Shown here piece by piece: positions 1 to 8,809 of a DNA stretch of 64,000 bases. The notes below the pieces were generated by a model that worked only from the letters and a program-made list of their open reading frames with translations, ran no database searches and was not told the origin of the DNA. The stretch's first letter is position 1, and every line of letters begins with the position of its first letter. This DNA comes from a bacterium (GTDB taxonomy: Bacteria > Elusimicrobiota > JBDRMW01 > JBDROU01). The position numbers and the translations under genes were made by a program. The stretch is taken from NCBI GenBank assembly GCA_043809745.1, contig JBDROU010000073.1:7969-71968 (forward strand). Reading direction: 5' to 3'.

Positions 1-513
1 CGTCAGGATTACGAAACATGTGGTGGTCATGAATCGGTAAAAAGCGAAATTCTGGAACATTATGCGTTGTATAAGCAGCTTCACAAGCACAACATACCGG
101 TACGCCTCTATGGTGGTCGAGAAAGTATTCAGGTACGGTTGTATCCACATGGGTTTAGGGAGCTGATTCGTGGATGGAGCAAATCTTTTGCTGCCGGGGC
201 AAACAATACGCCGCGTGAGGTTATGCGTCTTGCATCGATGTGGATATCGGGATTGTGTATGGTTCCCTGTATTCTTGTGGGCATGTTTTTTTTCGGCAGT
301 TTAGCAGAGCTTATTGCAGCTGGAGCATTATACGTTCTGTATGTTCTCCAGATCATTATACATCTTCGGCGACTGGGAAATTTTCCGCTGTGGGCATCTG
401 TAGCCTACCCGATTCCGCTGTTTTTCTTTCTGTGCGTATTCGCGTTGGCGCAATGGCGTCTTAAGCAGAAAGGGGAGGTTGCCTGGAAGGGAAGAAACAT
501 TAAAGTCCCATAA
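1..513 (+). CDS. 3'-end of a gene running in from upstream (frame 1 is open from base 1). C-terminal membrane-anchored part of a probable family-2 glycosyltransferase.
   Basis: No stop codon in frame 1 from position 1 to 513. 'RGWSKS' resembles the GT2 xRW motif. Hydrophobic C-terminal segments (LCMVPCILVGMFFFGSLAELIAAGALYVLYVL). Sits beside photolyase and CrtI-like genes, as GT2 CrtQ-type enzymes do. Confidence 0.4.
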   Translation, partial: RQDYETCGGHESVKSEILEHYALYKQLHKHNIPVRLYGGRESIQVRLYPHGFRELIRGWSKSFAAGANNTPREVMRLASMWISGLCMVPCILVGMFFFGSLAELIAAGALYVLYVLQIIIHLRRLGNFPLWASVAYPIPLFFFLCVFALAQWRLKQKGEVAWKGRNIKVP

Positions 514-556
514 CGGTTTATTGTTCTGTAGCGGTGTTATATTGTATACTATTCCG

Positions 557-1906
557 ATGAGTGTCGATCCACGACGTGTGCATATCCTTACAAAAAAAAC
601 ACCTGGCAAGGGGCCGGTAGTATATTGGATGAGCCGTGATCAGCGTGTGTCAGATAATTGGGCGCTGTTATATGCACATGATGAGGCATTGAAACGTAAG
701 CAAGAACTTATTGTTGTATTCTGTCTTGTACAAGAATTTCTCGGCGCTACAAATCGGCATTACGATTTTATGCTCACAGGGCTGCAAGAAGTCGAGCGAC
801 AGCTTCACCTAAAATCAATACCATTCGTGGTGCGCGTGGGGGAACCAAAGGAGGTGCTTCCAAAGCTGCTGAACGAGTATAAAGCGGGGTTGCTGGTAAC
901 TGATTTTGATCCGTTGCGGATTAAACGGAAATGGAAACGCGAAGTTGCGCGGGAAATTAGCATACCCTTGTGTGAGGTTGATACTCATAACATTGTTCCG
1001 TGTCGATATGCCTCGTTAAAGCAGGAGTATGGGGCATATACCCTCCGTCCAAAGATACGCAGAGTGCTTTATGAGTTCTTATGCAATATACCACCGCTTA
1101 AAAAAAATCCGTCAAAAAAAGGTCGGGTAATCAGGTCCATAAACTGGGAGAAACTGAGAAAATTAGTGCGCATAGGTACAAAATCCAACCCTATTTCATG
1201 GATCATCCCCGGGGAAAAGGCTGCCAAACATGCTTTGATGATCTTTGTTAAAAACCGGCTTAACGACTATTTAAACCTAAGAAATGATCCTACACATAAT
1301 GGACAATCGAATCTTTCTCCGTATCTTCATTTTGGTCATATCGCTGCCCAGCGAGTCGCATGGGAAATTGAGAAGAGTCAAATGCATGAAGGGTCGAAAG
1401 AAGCATTTTTAGAAGAGCTGATTGTGAGAAGAGAGCTTTCAGATAATTTCTGTTTTTATAATCAAGCATATGATTCATTCAGAGGGTTCCCTGCGTGGGG
1501 GCAAAAAACATTGACTGCTCATCGGAAAGATACACGACCATACCGGTATTCTCTGGAGCAGTTGGAGCATGCTCGTACACATGATACCTTGTGGAATGCA
1601 GCCGAGATGCAAATGCTGACTACAGGTAAGATGCACGGATATATGAGAATGTATTGGGCAAAAAAGATATTAGAGTGGTCTTCATCACCTGAACAAGCTC
1701 AGGCGTATGCAATTGCCCTTAATGATCGTTATGAGCTGGATGGGCGGGATCCAAACGGGTATGCAGGTATCGCGTGGGCCATCGGAGGTGTACATGACCG
1801 AGTCTGGGGTGAGCGACCGATATTTGGAAAAATTAGATATATGAGCTATAATGGGTGCAGAAGCAAGTTCTCGGTAGACCGTTATGAAAAAGAACACAAC
1901 GCATGA
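557..1906 (+). CDS. Class II CPD deoxyribodipyrimidine photolyase
   Basis: Strong class II photolyase features: VVYWMSRDQRV..DNWAL near the N-terminus, FAD-binding C-terminal region (WNAAEMQM..TGKMHGYMRMYWAKKILEW, GYAGIAWAIGGVHDRVWGERPIFGKIRYMSYNGC). The ORF track starts at 479, which overlaps the previous gene; the internal ATG at 557 (MSVDPRRVHIL) fits class II N-termini better. Confidence 0.85.
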   Translation: MSVDPRRVHILTKKTPGKGPVVYWMSRDQRVSDNWALLYAHDEALKRKQELIVVFCLVQEFLGATNRHYDFMLTGLQEVERQLHLKSIPFVVRVGEPKEVLPKLLNEYKAGLLVTDFDPLRIKRKWKREVAREISIPLCEVDTHNIVPCRYASLKQEYGAYTLRPKIRRVLYEFLCNIPPLKKNPSKKGRVIRSINWEKLRKLVRIGTKSNPISWIIPGEKAAKHALMIFVKNRLNDYLNLRNDPTHNGQSNLSPYLHFGHIAAQRVAWEIEKSQMHEGSKEAFLEELIVRRELSDNFCFYNQAYDSFRGFPAWGQKTLTAHRKDTRPYRYSLEQLEHARTHDTLWNAAEMQMLTTGKMHGYMRMYWAKKILEWSSSPEQAQAYAIALNDRYELDGRDPNGYAGIAWAIGGVHDRVWGERPIFGKIRYMSYNGCRSKFSVDRYEKEHNA

Positions 1907-1961
1907 CCTTGATTTTTAATATGATTTATTTATACAATTAGTTTTTTAAAAGGATATCAAT

Positions 1962-3479
1962 ATGAAAAAGAAAGTTATTATTGTGGGTGCTGGTCCCGGA
2001 GGGCTCACCGCGGGGATGCTGCTTGCATCACGAGGGCTCGAAGTGGTTGTGGTTGAGAAAGCTGATCGTGTAGGAGGCCGCAACAGATCCATACAGATTG
2101 ATGGTTATACGTTCGATACCGGGCCAACGTTCTTGATGCTGGAATTCATACTGCGGGGTGTTTTCTACGATGCTGGCAAGAAATTAGAAAATTACATTAC
2201 GTTAAAAAAGCTTGATCCAATGTACTGTCTTCGATTTGCCAATGCAACATTGTACCCGACACAAAATCAAGCAAGGATGCGTGAGCAGATCGAGAATTAC
2301 TTTCCCGGCAATGTTCCGGGGTTTGAACGGTTTCTTGTTACTGAAAAACATCGTTTTGAACAACTCTATCCCTGCTTGCAAAAGGCCTACTCAAGCCTTG
2401 CTGCATTTTTTGATCTGAAATTACTGAAAGCGTTACCGTCGCTTTCACTCGGGAAAACCTTATTCGCGAATCTTGGGCGTTATTTTACCGATGATGATCT
2501 AAAAATCGCATTTACCTTTCAATCAAAATATCTCGGAATGTCACCTTGGGAATGCCCTGCGCTTTTTACCATACTTTCTTACATGGAGTATGCGTACGGA
2601 GTTTACCATGTTATGGGAGGGCTTCATAAAATTTCTGAAGCGATGGCGCGAGTTATTCAGGAGTGTGATGGAACGATCCATCTCAAGACGCCGGTAAAAA
2701 AGGTGCTTGTTGAAAAAAAAGTGGCAAAGGGTGTATTGCTCGAAAACGGATCTAAACTCATTGCAGATGATGTAATACTGAATGCCGATTTTAGTTATGC
2801 GGTTGAGCATCTGCTTCCTTTGGAGAGTCTCAAAAAATGGACCCCCAAAGTGCTGGAAAAAAAGCAGTATTCATGTTCAACATTTATGATATACCTAGGG
2901 CTCAAGAAACGCTTGTCGCTCAATCATCATACCATTATTTTTGCCAATGATTACAGAGCCAATGTGGATTCGATCTTTAGCAACAAACCCGTTAGTGATG
3001 ACTTCTCATTCTATATACAGAATGCATCAGTCACGGATCCATCGCTTGCCCCTGAGGGGAAATCAGCCCTCTATGTACTCGTTCCGGTGCCGAATAATCG
3101 AAGTGGTATTGATTGGGAATCGCAAAAAGAAGAATTTAAGAATAAAGTTATCGATACAATTATCAAAAAAACAGGATATGGTAATTTGAGAGACGCTATT
3201 GAGGTAGAGAAGGTGATCTCTCCATATGAATGGGAGCATTCCTATAATGTGTATCGAGCTGCAGAATTTAGCATGGCGCATACATTTAAGCAGTTACTAT
3301 ACTTACGGCCGCATAATCGGTTTGAAGACATTGCTCATTGCTACTTAGTTGGCGGTGGTACTCATCCGGGGAGTGGACTTCCTACAATTTATGAGTCCGG
3401 CAGAATAACATCAGATTTGCTGTGCGATAGCTATGGTATCAGGTATGTATCTGCAAGACGGCTTGATGCACACACATAG
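1962..3479 (+). CDS. Phytoene desaturase-family FAD-dependent oxidoreductase (CrtI/CrtD-like)
   Basis: N-terminal Rossmann dinucleotide motif VIIVGAGPGGLTAG..VVVEKADRVGGR. Length about 505 aa. C-terminal GGGTHPGSGLP typical of the CrtI family. RBS AAGGA 11 nt upstream. Confidence 0.7.
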   Translation: MKKKVIIVGAGPGGLTAGMLLASRGLEVVVVEKADRVGGRNRSIQIDGYTFDTGPTFLMLEFILRGVFYDAGKKLENYITLKKLDPMYCLRFANATLYPTQNQARMREQIENYFPGNVPGFERFLVTEKHRFEQLYPCLQKAYSSLAAFFDLKLLKALPSLSLGKTLFANLGRYFTDDDLKIAFTFQSKYLGMSPWECPALFTILSYMEYAYGVYHVMGGLHKISEAMARVIQECDGTIHLKTPVKKVLVEKKVAKGVLLENGSKLIADDVILNADFSYAVEHLLPLESLKKWTPKVLEKKQYSCSTFMIYLGLKKRLSLNHHTIIFANDYRANVDSIFSNKPVSDDFSFYIQNASVTDPSLAPEGKSALYVLVPVPNNRSGIDWESQKEEFKNKVIDTIIKKTGYGNLRDAIEVEKVISPYEWEHSYNVYRAAEFSMAHTFKQLLYLRPHNRFEDIAHCYLVGGGTHPGSGLPTIYESGRITSDLLCDSYGIRYVSARRLDAHT

Positions 3480-3583
3480 TTTTAACGGAGCTCATCGGAG
3501 TCTTATTAGTGAGTGTAGCTAAAAAAGTAGAATAAATTAGCTTTTTTTATTATATAATTACTCAGTTAAAGACTCATGGGCTT

Positions 3584-5092
3584 ATGAAAAATATTTTACT
3601 TTTCGATAAAATTAATAATTATTGGAATACTATCGGATATCACGCCAAACTTGCTGGTACCCTATTTATTATAACCAGCGTATCGCTTTCCATAATCTTT
3701 ATAAGCCGCTATCATCTTTTAAAGAACGTATTTCACGAACGTACTGTTAACCGGTTGAATACCCTGGGAAAAGTCCTGTCCGAAGAAATAAAAGATAATA
3801 TAGTTGATAATGATATTCCAAATATACGTGAAACCATTGCAATTACCTTGGAGAGCAAAGAGATCCTTTTTATTATTTATGCAAATTCAGACAATACTGT
3901 TATCGTTGCTTCAGATCCGCATCTTGAAAATATCCAAAACAGCAAGAAAGACACTCCCAGTATTAAGTATAAAAAGGGAGGTGTTTTTATCCGGTCGTTT
4001 CCTTTGCTGTTCAAAAATAAATCTCTCGGGTATGTTCAAATTGGATTTTCTGTAGAAAAACTAAGGAATGCCATTCATTACCTTCTGCGGTGGGCTTTTT
4101 TGTTAAATTTGATCGCAATAGTTTTTACCGCAGGAGCAGCCTATTTTTTTTCCAATGTTTTCCTGGCACCTCTTAAAAAAATACGGGAAGTAACATACCT
4201 GATAGCTCATGGAGATTTTACTCATAGGTTAGATATCAAATCGCATGACATTATTGGTGATTTGTCATATGCGTTAAATGATATGGCCGATAAACTCGCA
4301 GGCTTAACAGATAAGCTTCATCAAAAAATCTCTGCAGCAACTGCTGATTTAGAAGCGGCAAATATTGAGCTGCAGAACAAAACAAATCATCTAGTTGAAG
4401 CAAACGAACGGCTAATTAAAATGGACCGTTTGAAATCAGAGTTTGTCTCAATCGTATCACATGAACTTCGCACGCCGCTAACTAATATAATCGGGTTTGC
4501 TAAGACGCTTATGACAATCGAACTTCCTGAAAATAATAAAATGAGGTTTTTAGGGATTATTGAATCTGAAGGGAAAAGGCTTTCGTCTCTTATTGAAGAA
4601 TTTCTTGATATCTCAAAGATAGAAACAGGAAATTTTGAGATTTATCCTGCGTTGGTTAATATACAGGAATTAATGGGCGAAATAATTGAATTGTTTCAAA
4701 ATAAGGACGGCAATGTAATTGACTGCCGTCTCCCCGATTCGCCAGTGGTTGCATCAATAGACCGCAACAGAATAAAGCAGGTTTTGTTGAATATAATCGA
4801 TAATGCAATAAAATATTCTGAGCCTAAAAGCATTGTTCATGTTGATGTGAAAGAAGAACAAAATGAAATATGCATTTCTTTTCGCGACCACGGTCCTGGT
4901 ATACATCCAGATGATTTGCAGAAGCTTTTCCAGAAATTTTACCGTTGCCGAAACAGCCAGACTATGCGCACCCGGGGCAGCGGTCTCGGTTTAGCTATTG
5001 TTGAAGGTATAATCAAGGCACATCGTGGAAGGATATGGGTTGAATCGATAGTGGGGCAAGGAAGTACTTTTTTTATTGCAATACCGAAATAA
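3584..5092 (+). CDS. Membrane sensor histidine kinase (TM-HAMP-HisKA-HATPase_c)
   Basis: N-terminal TM helix, HAMP-like LAPLKKIREVTYLIAHGDFTHRLD, coiled coil, H-box SHELRTPLTNI, and N/G boxes (NLLDNAIKYS-like IIDNAIKYS, GSGLGLAIV). Confidence 0.8.
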   Translation: MKNILLFDKINNYWNTIGYHAKLAGTLFIITSVSLSIIFISRYHLLKNVFHERTVNRLNTLGKVLSEEIKDNIVDNDIPNIRETIAITLESKEILFIIYANSDNTVIVASDPHLENIQNSKKDTPSIKYKKGGVFIRSFPLLFKNKSLGYVQIGFSVEKLRNAIHYLLRWAFLLNLIAIVFTAGAAYFFSNVFLAPLKKIREVTYLIAHGDFTHRLDIKSHDIIGDLSYALNDMADKLAGLTDKLHQKISAATADLEAANIELQNKTNHLVEANERLIKMDRLKSEFVSIVSHELRTPLTNIIGFAKTLMTIELPENNKMRFLGIIESEGKRLSSLIEEFLDISKIETGNFEIYPALVNIQELMGEIIELFQNKDGNVIDCRLPDSPVVASIDRNRIKQVLLNIIDNAIKYSEPKSIVHVDVKEEQNEICISFRDHGPGIHPDDLQKLFQKFYRCRNSQTMRTRGSGLGLAIVEGIIKAHRGRIWVESIVGQGSTFFIAIPK

Positions 5093-5120
5093 CTTAATTT
5101 ATTAGCGAAAGGTGGGATGT

Positions 5121-5519
5121 ATGGAAAACAAAAAAGTCCTTGTGGTTGATGATGATATGTCTATTATTCAATTGATTACTGTTAATCTTGAAGATGACGG
5201 TTGGAACGTTTACCAAGCGCAAGACGGTACTCAGGCGGTGCAGGCGGCTCATCGCGAAAAGCCTTCGGTTATTATACTAGATATCATGCTCCCTGCAGGA
5301 AGCGGACAAAGGGTTTTGGAACATCTTCAGTCATCAACAATAACGGCCTTTATCCCAGTAATTTTAATGTCTGCATTGTCCCAAGAAGATTTGAGAAAAA
5401 AATATTTTTCTTTTGAAAAAACTCTTCAAAAATCAAGGATTGTGGATTTTTTTAGAAAACCTTTTGATATTGAGTTATTAAAAAAATCAGTTAATATGCA
5501 GCATAAAAGTAAACAGTAA
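5121..5519 (+). CDS. Single-domain response regulator (CheY-like receiver with a short C-terminal extension)
   Basis: VLVVDDD acidic pocket, phospho-acceptor Asp in ILDIMLP. RBS AAGGTGGG 5 nt before the ATG at 5121. The ORF track's 5112 start is a GTG that is less likely. Confidence 0.7.
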   Translation: MENKKVLVVDDDMSIIQLITVNLEDDGWNVYQAQDGTQAVQAAHREKPSVIILDIMLPAGSGQRVLEHLQSSTITAFIPVILMSALSQEDLRKKYFSFEKTLQKSRIVDFFRKPFDIELLKKSVNMQHKSKQ

Positions 5520-5765
5520 TATCAGCTATTGCTGTCCAAATTAGATTTAAGATTAATTCTAGTTATATCGAAACACGTTCACTAATAGTGAAAGATACAA
5601 ATTAGTTATATTAATCATAAAACTCTGGAATACGGTTCACAGATTAATAGTCTCAGCAAGCTGCAGTCTTGTTTACTCTTAATTTCGATCTTCGTGTTTA
5701 GATAGACTAATGCCATACGCAAGGAAGATATTTTGTTAGAGTGAAAATATGATAAGGAGATTTGT

Positions 5766-6455
5766 ATGAATGCATATAAGGCTTTATTTTTGTTGTTCAT
5801 TTTTAGTGCTATTTACTCGTGCGCACGGGAAAATGGGATCGGGTCGTATACATTCTCCGGTACGGTGGAAATGACCGAATATTCTGTGGGAGCGCCCGTT
5901 CCGGGACGGATTGCAGAAATATTTGTTGAAGAAGGTCGGGAGATGCGTAAAGGTGAGTTAATTGCCATACTTGATCATTACGAACAGGCAAAACGGGATT
6001 TTGAACGTTCAGAGGCGCTGAAGTCTTCGGGCGGGGTAAGCGCGCAGCAGTACGAACATGATAGGCTTGCAATGGAGGATCAGCGTGTTTCAGCTCCGGT
6101 TGATGGGGTAGTGCTTGTTAAGGTTCGAGAAAAGGGTGAAGTGGTAAATGCCGGTTCCCCGATAGTGGTGTTTGGTGAGCAGGGACAACTGTGGGTAAGG
6201 GTGTTTGTCCCCGAGATTCTCATCAGTCAGGTTTCAATGAATAAAAAAGCAAAAGTAACAGTTGATGGATATAAAGAATCTTTTTCCGGATATGTAAGTT
6301 ATATTTCGACTTCGGCAGAATTCACACCGAGGAATGTGCAAACGCGGGAAGAACGCATATCTCAGACGTTTGCTGTAAAGATAGTCATCAATGCAGGGGC
6401 TATGAATCTCAAGCCCGGTATTGGCGCTGATGTGGTTTTTGAAGCTTCTAAGTGA
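5766..6455 (+). CDS. HlyD-family periplasmic adaptor (membrane fusion) lipoprotein, short form
   Basis: Signal peptide with a Cys (IYSCA), biotinyl/lipoyl-like and beta-barrel segments typical of HlyD_D23 adaptors. Directly followed by ABC ATPase and ABC-2 permease genes. RBS AGGAG. Confidence 0.6.
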   Translation: MNAYKALFLLFIFSAIYSCARENGIGSYTFSGTVEMTEYSVGAPVPGRIAEIFVEEGREMRKGELIAILDHYEQAKRDFERSEALKSSGGVSAQQYEHDRLAMEDQRVSAPVDGVVLVKVREKGEVVNAGSPIVVFGEQGQLWVRVFVPEILISQVSMNKKAKVTVDGYKESFSGYVSYISTSAEFTPRNVQTREERISQTFAVKIVINAGAMNLKPGIGADVVFEASK

Positions 6456-6504
6456 TGAACAGACCACTGTTTTGTGATATAACATCCATGATGCAGGATA
6501 TATT

Positions 6505-7443
6505 ATGAATACTGATGCGGCGATTGAAGCTATAAATATTTCTAAGCATTTTGGAAGCTTGCGGGCAGTCGATCAAGTGAGTTTTAAGATTCCATACGGT
6601 TCAATATTCGGCTATCTGGGAGCAAATGGAGCGGGGAAGAGTACAACGATTCGTGTGCTTGCAGGGATTCTCAAACCAACCGGCGGTACAGCATATGTTG
6701 GCGGCTTTGATGTGGTAAACTATCCGGAGCGCGTGAAACAGTTGATTGGATATGTTTCACAACGCTTTGGCCTTTATGAAGATCTCACTGTTGCAGAAAA
6801 TCTTGCATTTTTTGGCAGTATTTACGGTTTATTTGGTGCGAAGCTCAGTTCACGCATAAAGGATGTGCTTGCCAGTACCGGGCTCCTTCGTTATAGGGAT
6901 ATGCGCGTTGAGACGCTTTCCGGTGGTTTAAAACAACGTCTTGCGCTTGCGAATTCCATCCTCCATGAACCTAGAGTTATATTCCTGGATGAACCGACCG
7001 CGGGTATAGATCCCGTGTCAAGACGCAGTTTATGGGAGCTTTTCTACCAGCTTGCCGAGCAGAACACCGCGCTTTTTGTGACTACCCATTACATGGAAGA
7101 GGCCGAGCGGTGCAACGAGATCGCGATCCTTTCGAACGGGCAGATGCTGTCAAAAGGAACCCCGAAGCAGCTCAAGGAACATATTACCAAGAACATCCTC
7201 GAGATTGAATGCCATCCTTTAATGAAGGCATCTCGGATTTTTAGGAGCCTTCCCGGCGTGTTGAGTGTTACAGCATACGGTTCCGGTCTGCACGTGCATG
7301 CCGTAGAAACACAAAGCGCACTTGAACGCATAACCGCAGCCGCTAAACGCGAGAATATTGATATATACTCAACGAAACCTATACCCGCTTCATTAGAAGA
7401 TGTGTTTGCCACGATTACGGATGATTTATATGAGAAACATTAA
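6505..7443 (+). CDS. ABC transporter ATP-binding protein
   Basis: Walker A GANGAGKST, ABC signature LSGGLKQR, Walker B IFLDEPTAGID. Confidence 0.85.
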   Translation: MNTDAAIEAINISKHFGSLRAVDQVSFKIPYGSIFGYLGANGAGKSTTIRVLAGILKPTGGTAYVGGFDVVNYPERVKQLIGYVSQRFGLYEDLTVAENLAFFGSIYGLFGAKLSSRIKDVLASTGLLRYRDMRVETLSGGLKQRLALANSILHEPRVIFLDEPTAGIDPVSRRSLWELFYQLAEQNTALFVTTHYMEEAERCNEIAILSNGQMLSKGTPKQLKEHITKNILEIECHPLMKASRIFRSLPGVLSVTAYGSGLHVHAVETQSALERITAAAKRENIDIYSTKPIPASLEDVFATITDDLYEKH

Positions 7444-8530
7444 TGCCGTAATGAGAAAAGAGTTTATTCATATCGTGCGCGATAAACGCACACTAATTTT
7501 AATTATCATGATGCCGCTGCTGCAGCTGCTTATATACGGGTTTGCGGTCAATACCGATGTTAAGCATCTCTCAACCGGGCTCTTTGACGAAGATCGGACT
7601 GCGTTAAGCAGGAGGTTGGCAGATAGTTTAGAGCAATCACAATATTTTGATATTACGTTTAAAGTGGAATCCTATGCGCACATGCGTAAACTTCTGGATA
7701 GAGGTTATGTAAAAACGGCGATACATATCCCGCCGCAATTTGCAAAAGAATTGCATGCTGGACGTCAGGGGCAGCTGCAGATGCTTATTGACGGTACCGA
7801 CGCGAATCCCGCTAATGTTGCGCTTTCTGCCGCGCAAGCGGTTGTATCAGACTTTTCTGCCAAAGAAGGTTTAATGGAAACTCTTGTCAATTTGATAGAT
7901 TTCAGACCGCGGTTATGGTATAACCCCGATTTGAAAAGTACCTATTTTTTTATTCCTGGTCTTGTTGGGCTGCTCATTCAATTTCTTATTCCTATGATTA
8001 CCGCTTCAGCGGTGGTACGTGAAAAAGAGAGGGGTAATATCGAACAGCTTCGCGTATCGCCACTTAGGAGCTATGAACTTATGGCGGGTAAGCTCATCCC
8101 TTATACGGTAATCGGCATTTTCGTGGCGCTGCTTATTTTAGGAACAGCTCATTTTCTTTTCAGTGTGCCGATACGAGGTAATCCAATTATACTGCTTGCG
8201 CTTACATTCATTTTTATTTTAGTCTGCTTAGGAATTGGTCTTTTTGCGTCTACTGTTGCCGAGAACCAGCAGCAGTCCGCTCAGATTGTTATGTTTTTTG
8301 CAATGCCGTCCATTTTGTTGTCCGGCTTTATATTTCCGAGAGAAGGTATGCCGAGAATAATTTATTATCTGAGCGAAATAATACCGCTTACGCATTACCT
8401 AAAGATTGTACGAGGTATTGTGCTGAAAGGATTGGGTGTCGCGGATGTCTGGCCTCAGGTTGTTATACTTACCGTAATGGCGGTAATTATAATTTCCGCA
8501 AGTGTCTTGAGATTCCGCAAAAGGACATAA
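7430..8530 (+). CDS. ABC-2 family transporter permease
   Basis: Six predicted TM helices with a large first periplasmic loop, typical of ABC-2 (YhhJ/YadH-like) permeases. The ATG at 7430 overlaps the stop of the ATPase gene (translational coupling). Confidence 0.7.
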   Translation: MRNINAVMRKEFIHIVRDKRTLILIIMMPLLQLLIYGFAVNTDVKHLSTGLFDEDRTALSRRLADSLEQSQYFDITFKVESYAHMRKLLDRGYVKTAIHIPPQFAKELHAGRQGQLQMLIDGTDANPANVALSAAQAVVSDFSAKEGLMETLVNLIDFRPRLWYNPDLKSTYFFIPGLVGLLIQFLIPMITASAVVREKERGNIEQLRVSPLRSYELMAGKLIPYTVIGIFVALLILGTAHFLFSVPIRGNPIILLALTFIFILVCLGIGLFASTVAENQQQSAQIVMFFAMPSILLSGFIFPREGMPRIIYYLSEIIPLTHYLKIVRGIVLKGLGVADVWPQVVILTVMAVIIISASVLRFRKRT

Positions 8531-8809
8531 TATGTTGACTAGAAAAATCAAATATACCGGTATCGGTGTGCATTTTTATTTATGAGTTTATTCGTAGCAT
8601 CATTCTGGCCGCATATCGTCATTTAGAAAACTAGGATGCGGCATATCCGCTCATGATTCGAGATATTAATAATGCTAAGACATCGATTTCGCCGTAGTCA
8701 TATATTTTTCAGAATGACCGCATCGGCGAATTATTTGTCAATGCTCTAGGTAATGCGCTTGGGCGCGGTGTTGAAGTGCGGGTGTCTGAGAAAAAGTTTA
8801 CTGAAGGTA

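Noticed and set aside
479-556. Upstream extension of the photolyase ORF, overlapping the 3' end of the GT2 gene
   Set aside because: Class II photolyases begin close to the conserved VVYWMSRDQRV block; the 26 extra residues have no counterpart. The ATG at 557 is preferred, though no strong SD precedes either start.
3480-3583. Possible rho-independent terminator after the CrtI-like gene (gctaaaaaag...agcttttttt)
   Set aside because: The A/T runs do not form a proper GC-rich stem in the required orientation. No convincing hairpin.
5576-5592. Palindrome GTTCACT-aat-AGTGAA upstream of the HlyD/ABC operon, resembling the AbiE-cassette operator half-sites
   Set aside because: Only 6-7 bp arms in an AT-rich spacer, so chance occurrence is plausible. 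Kept as a side-note in the operator finding rather than called as a feature.
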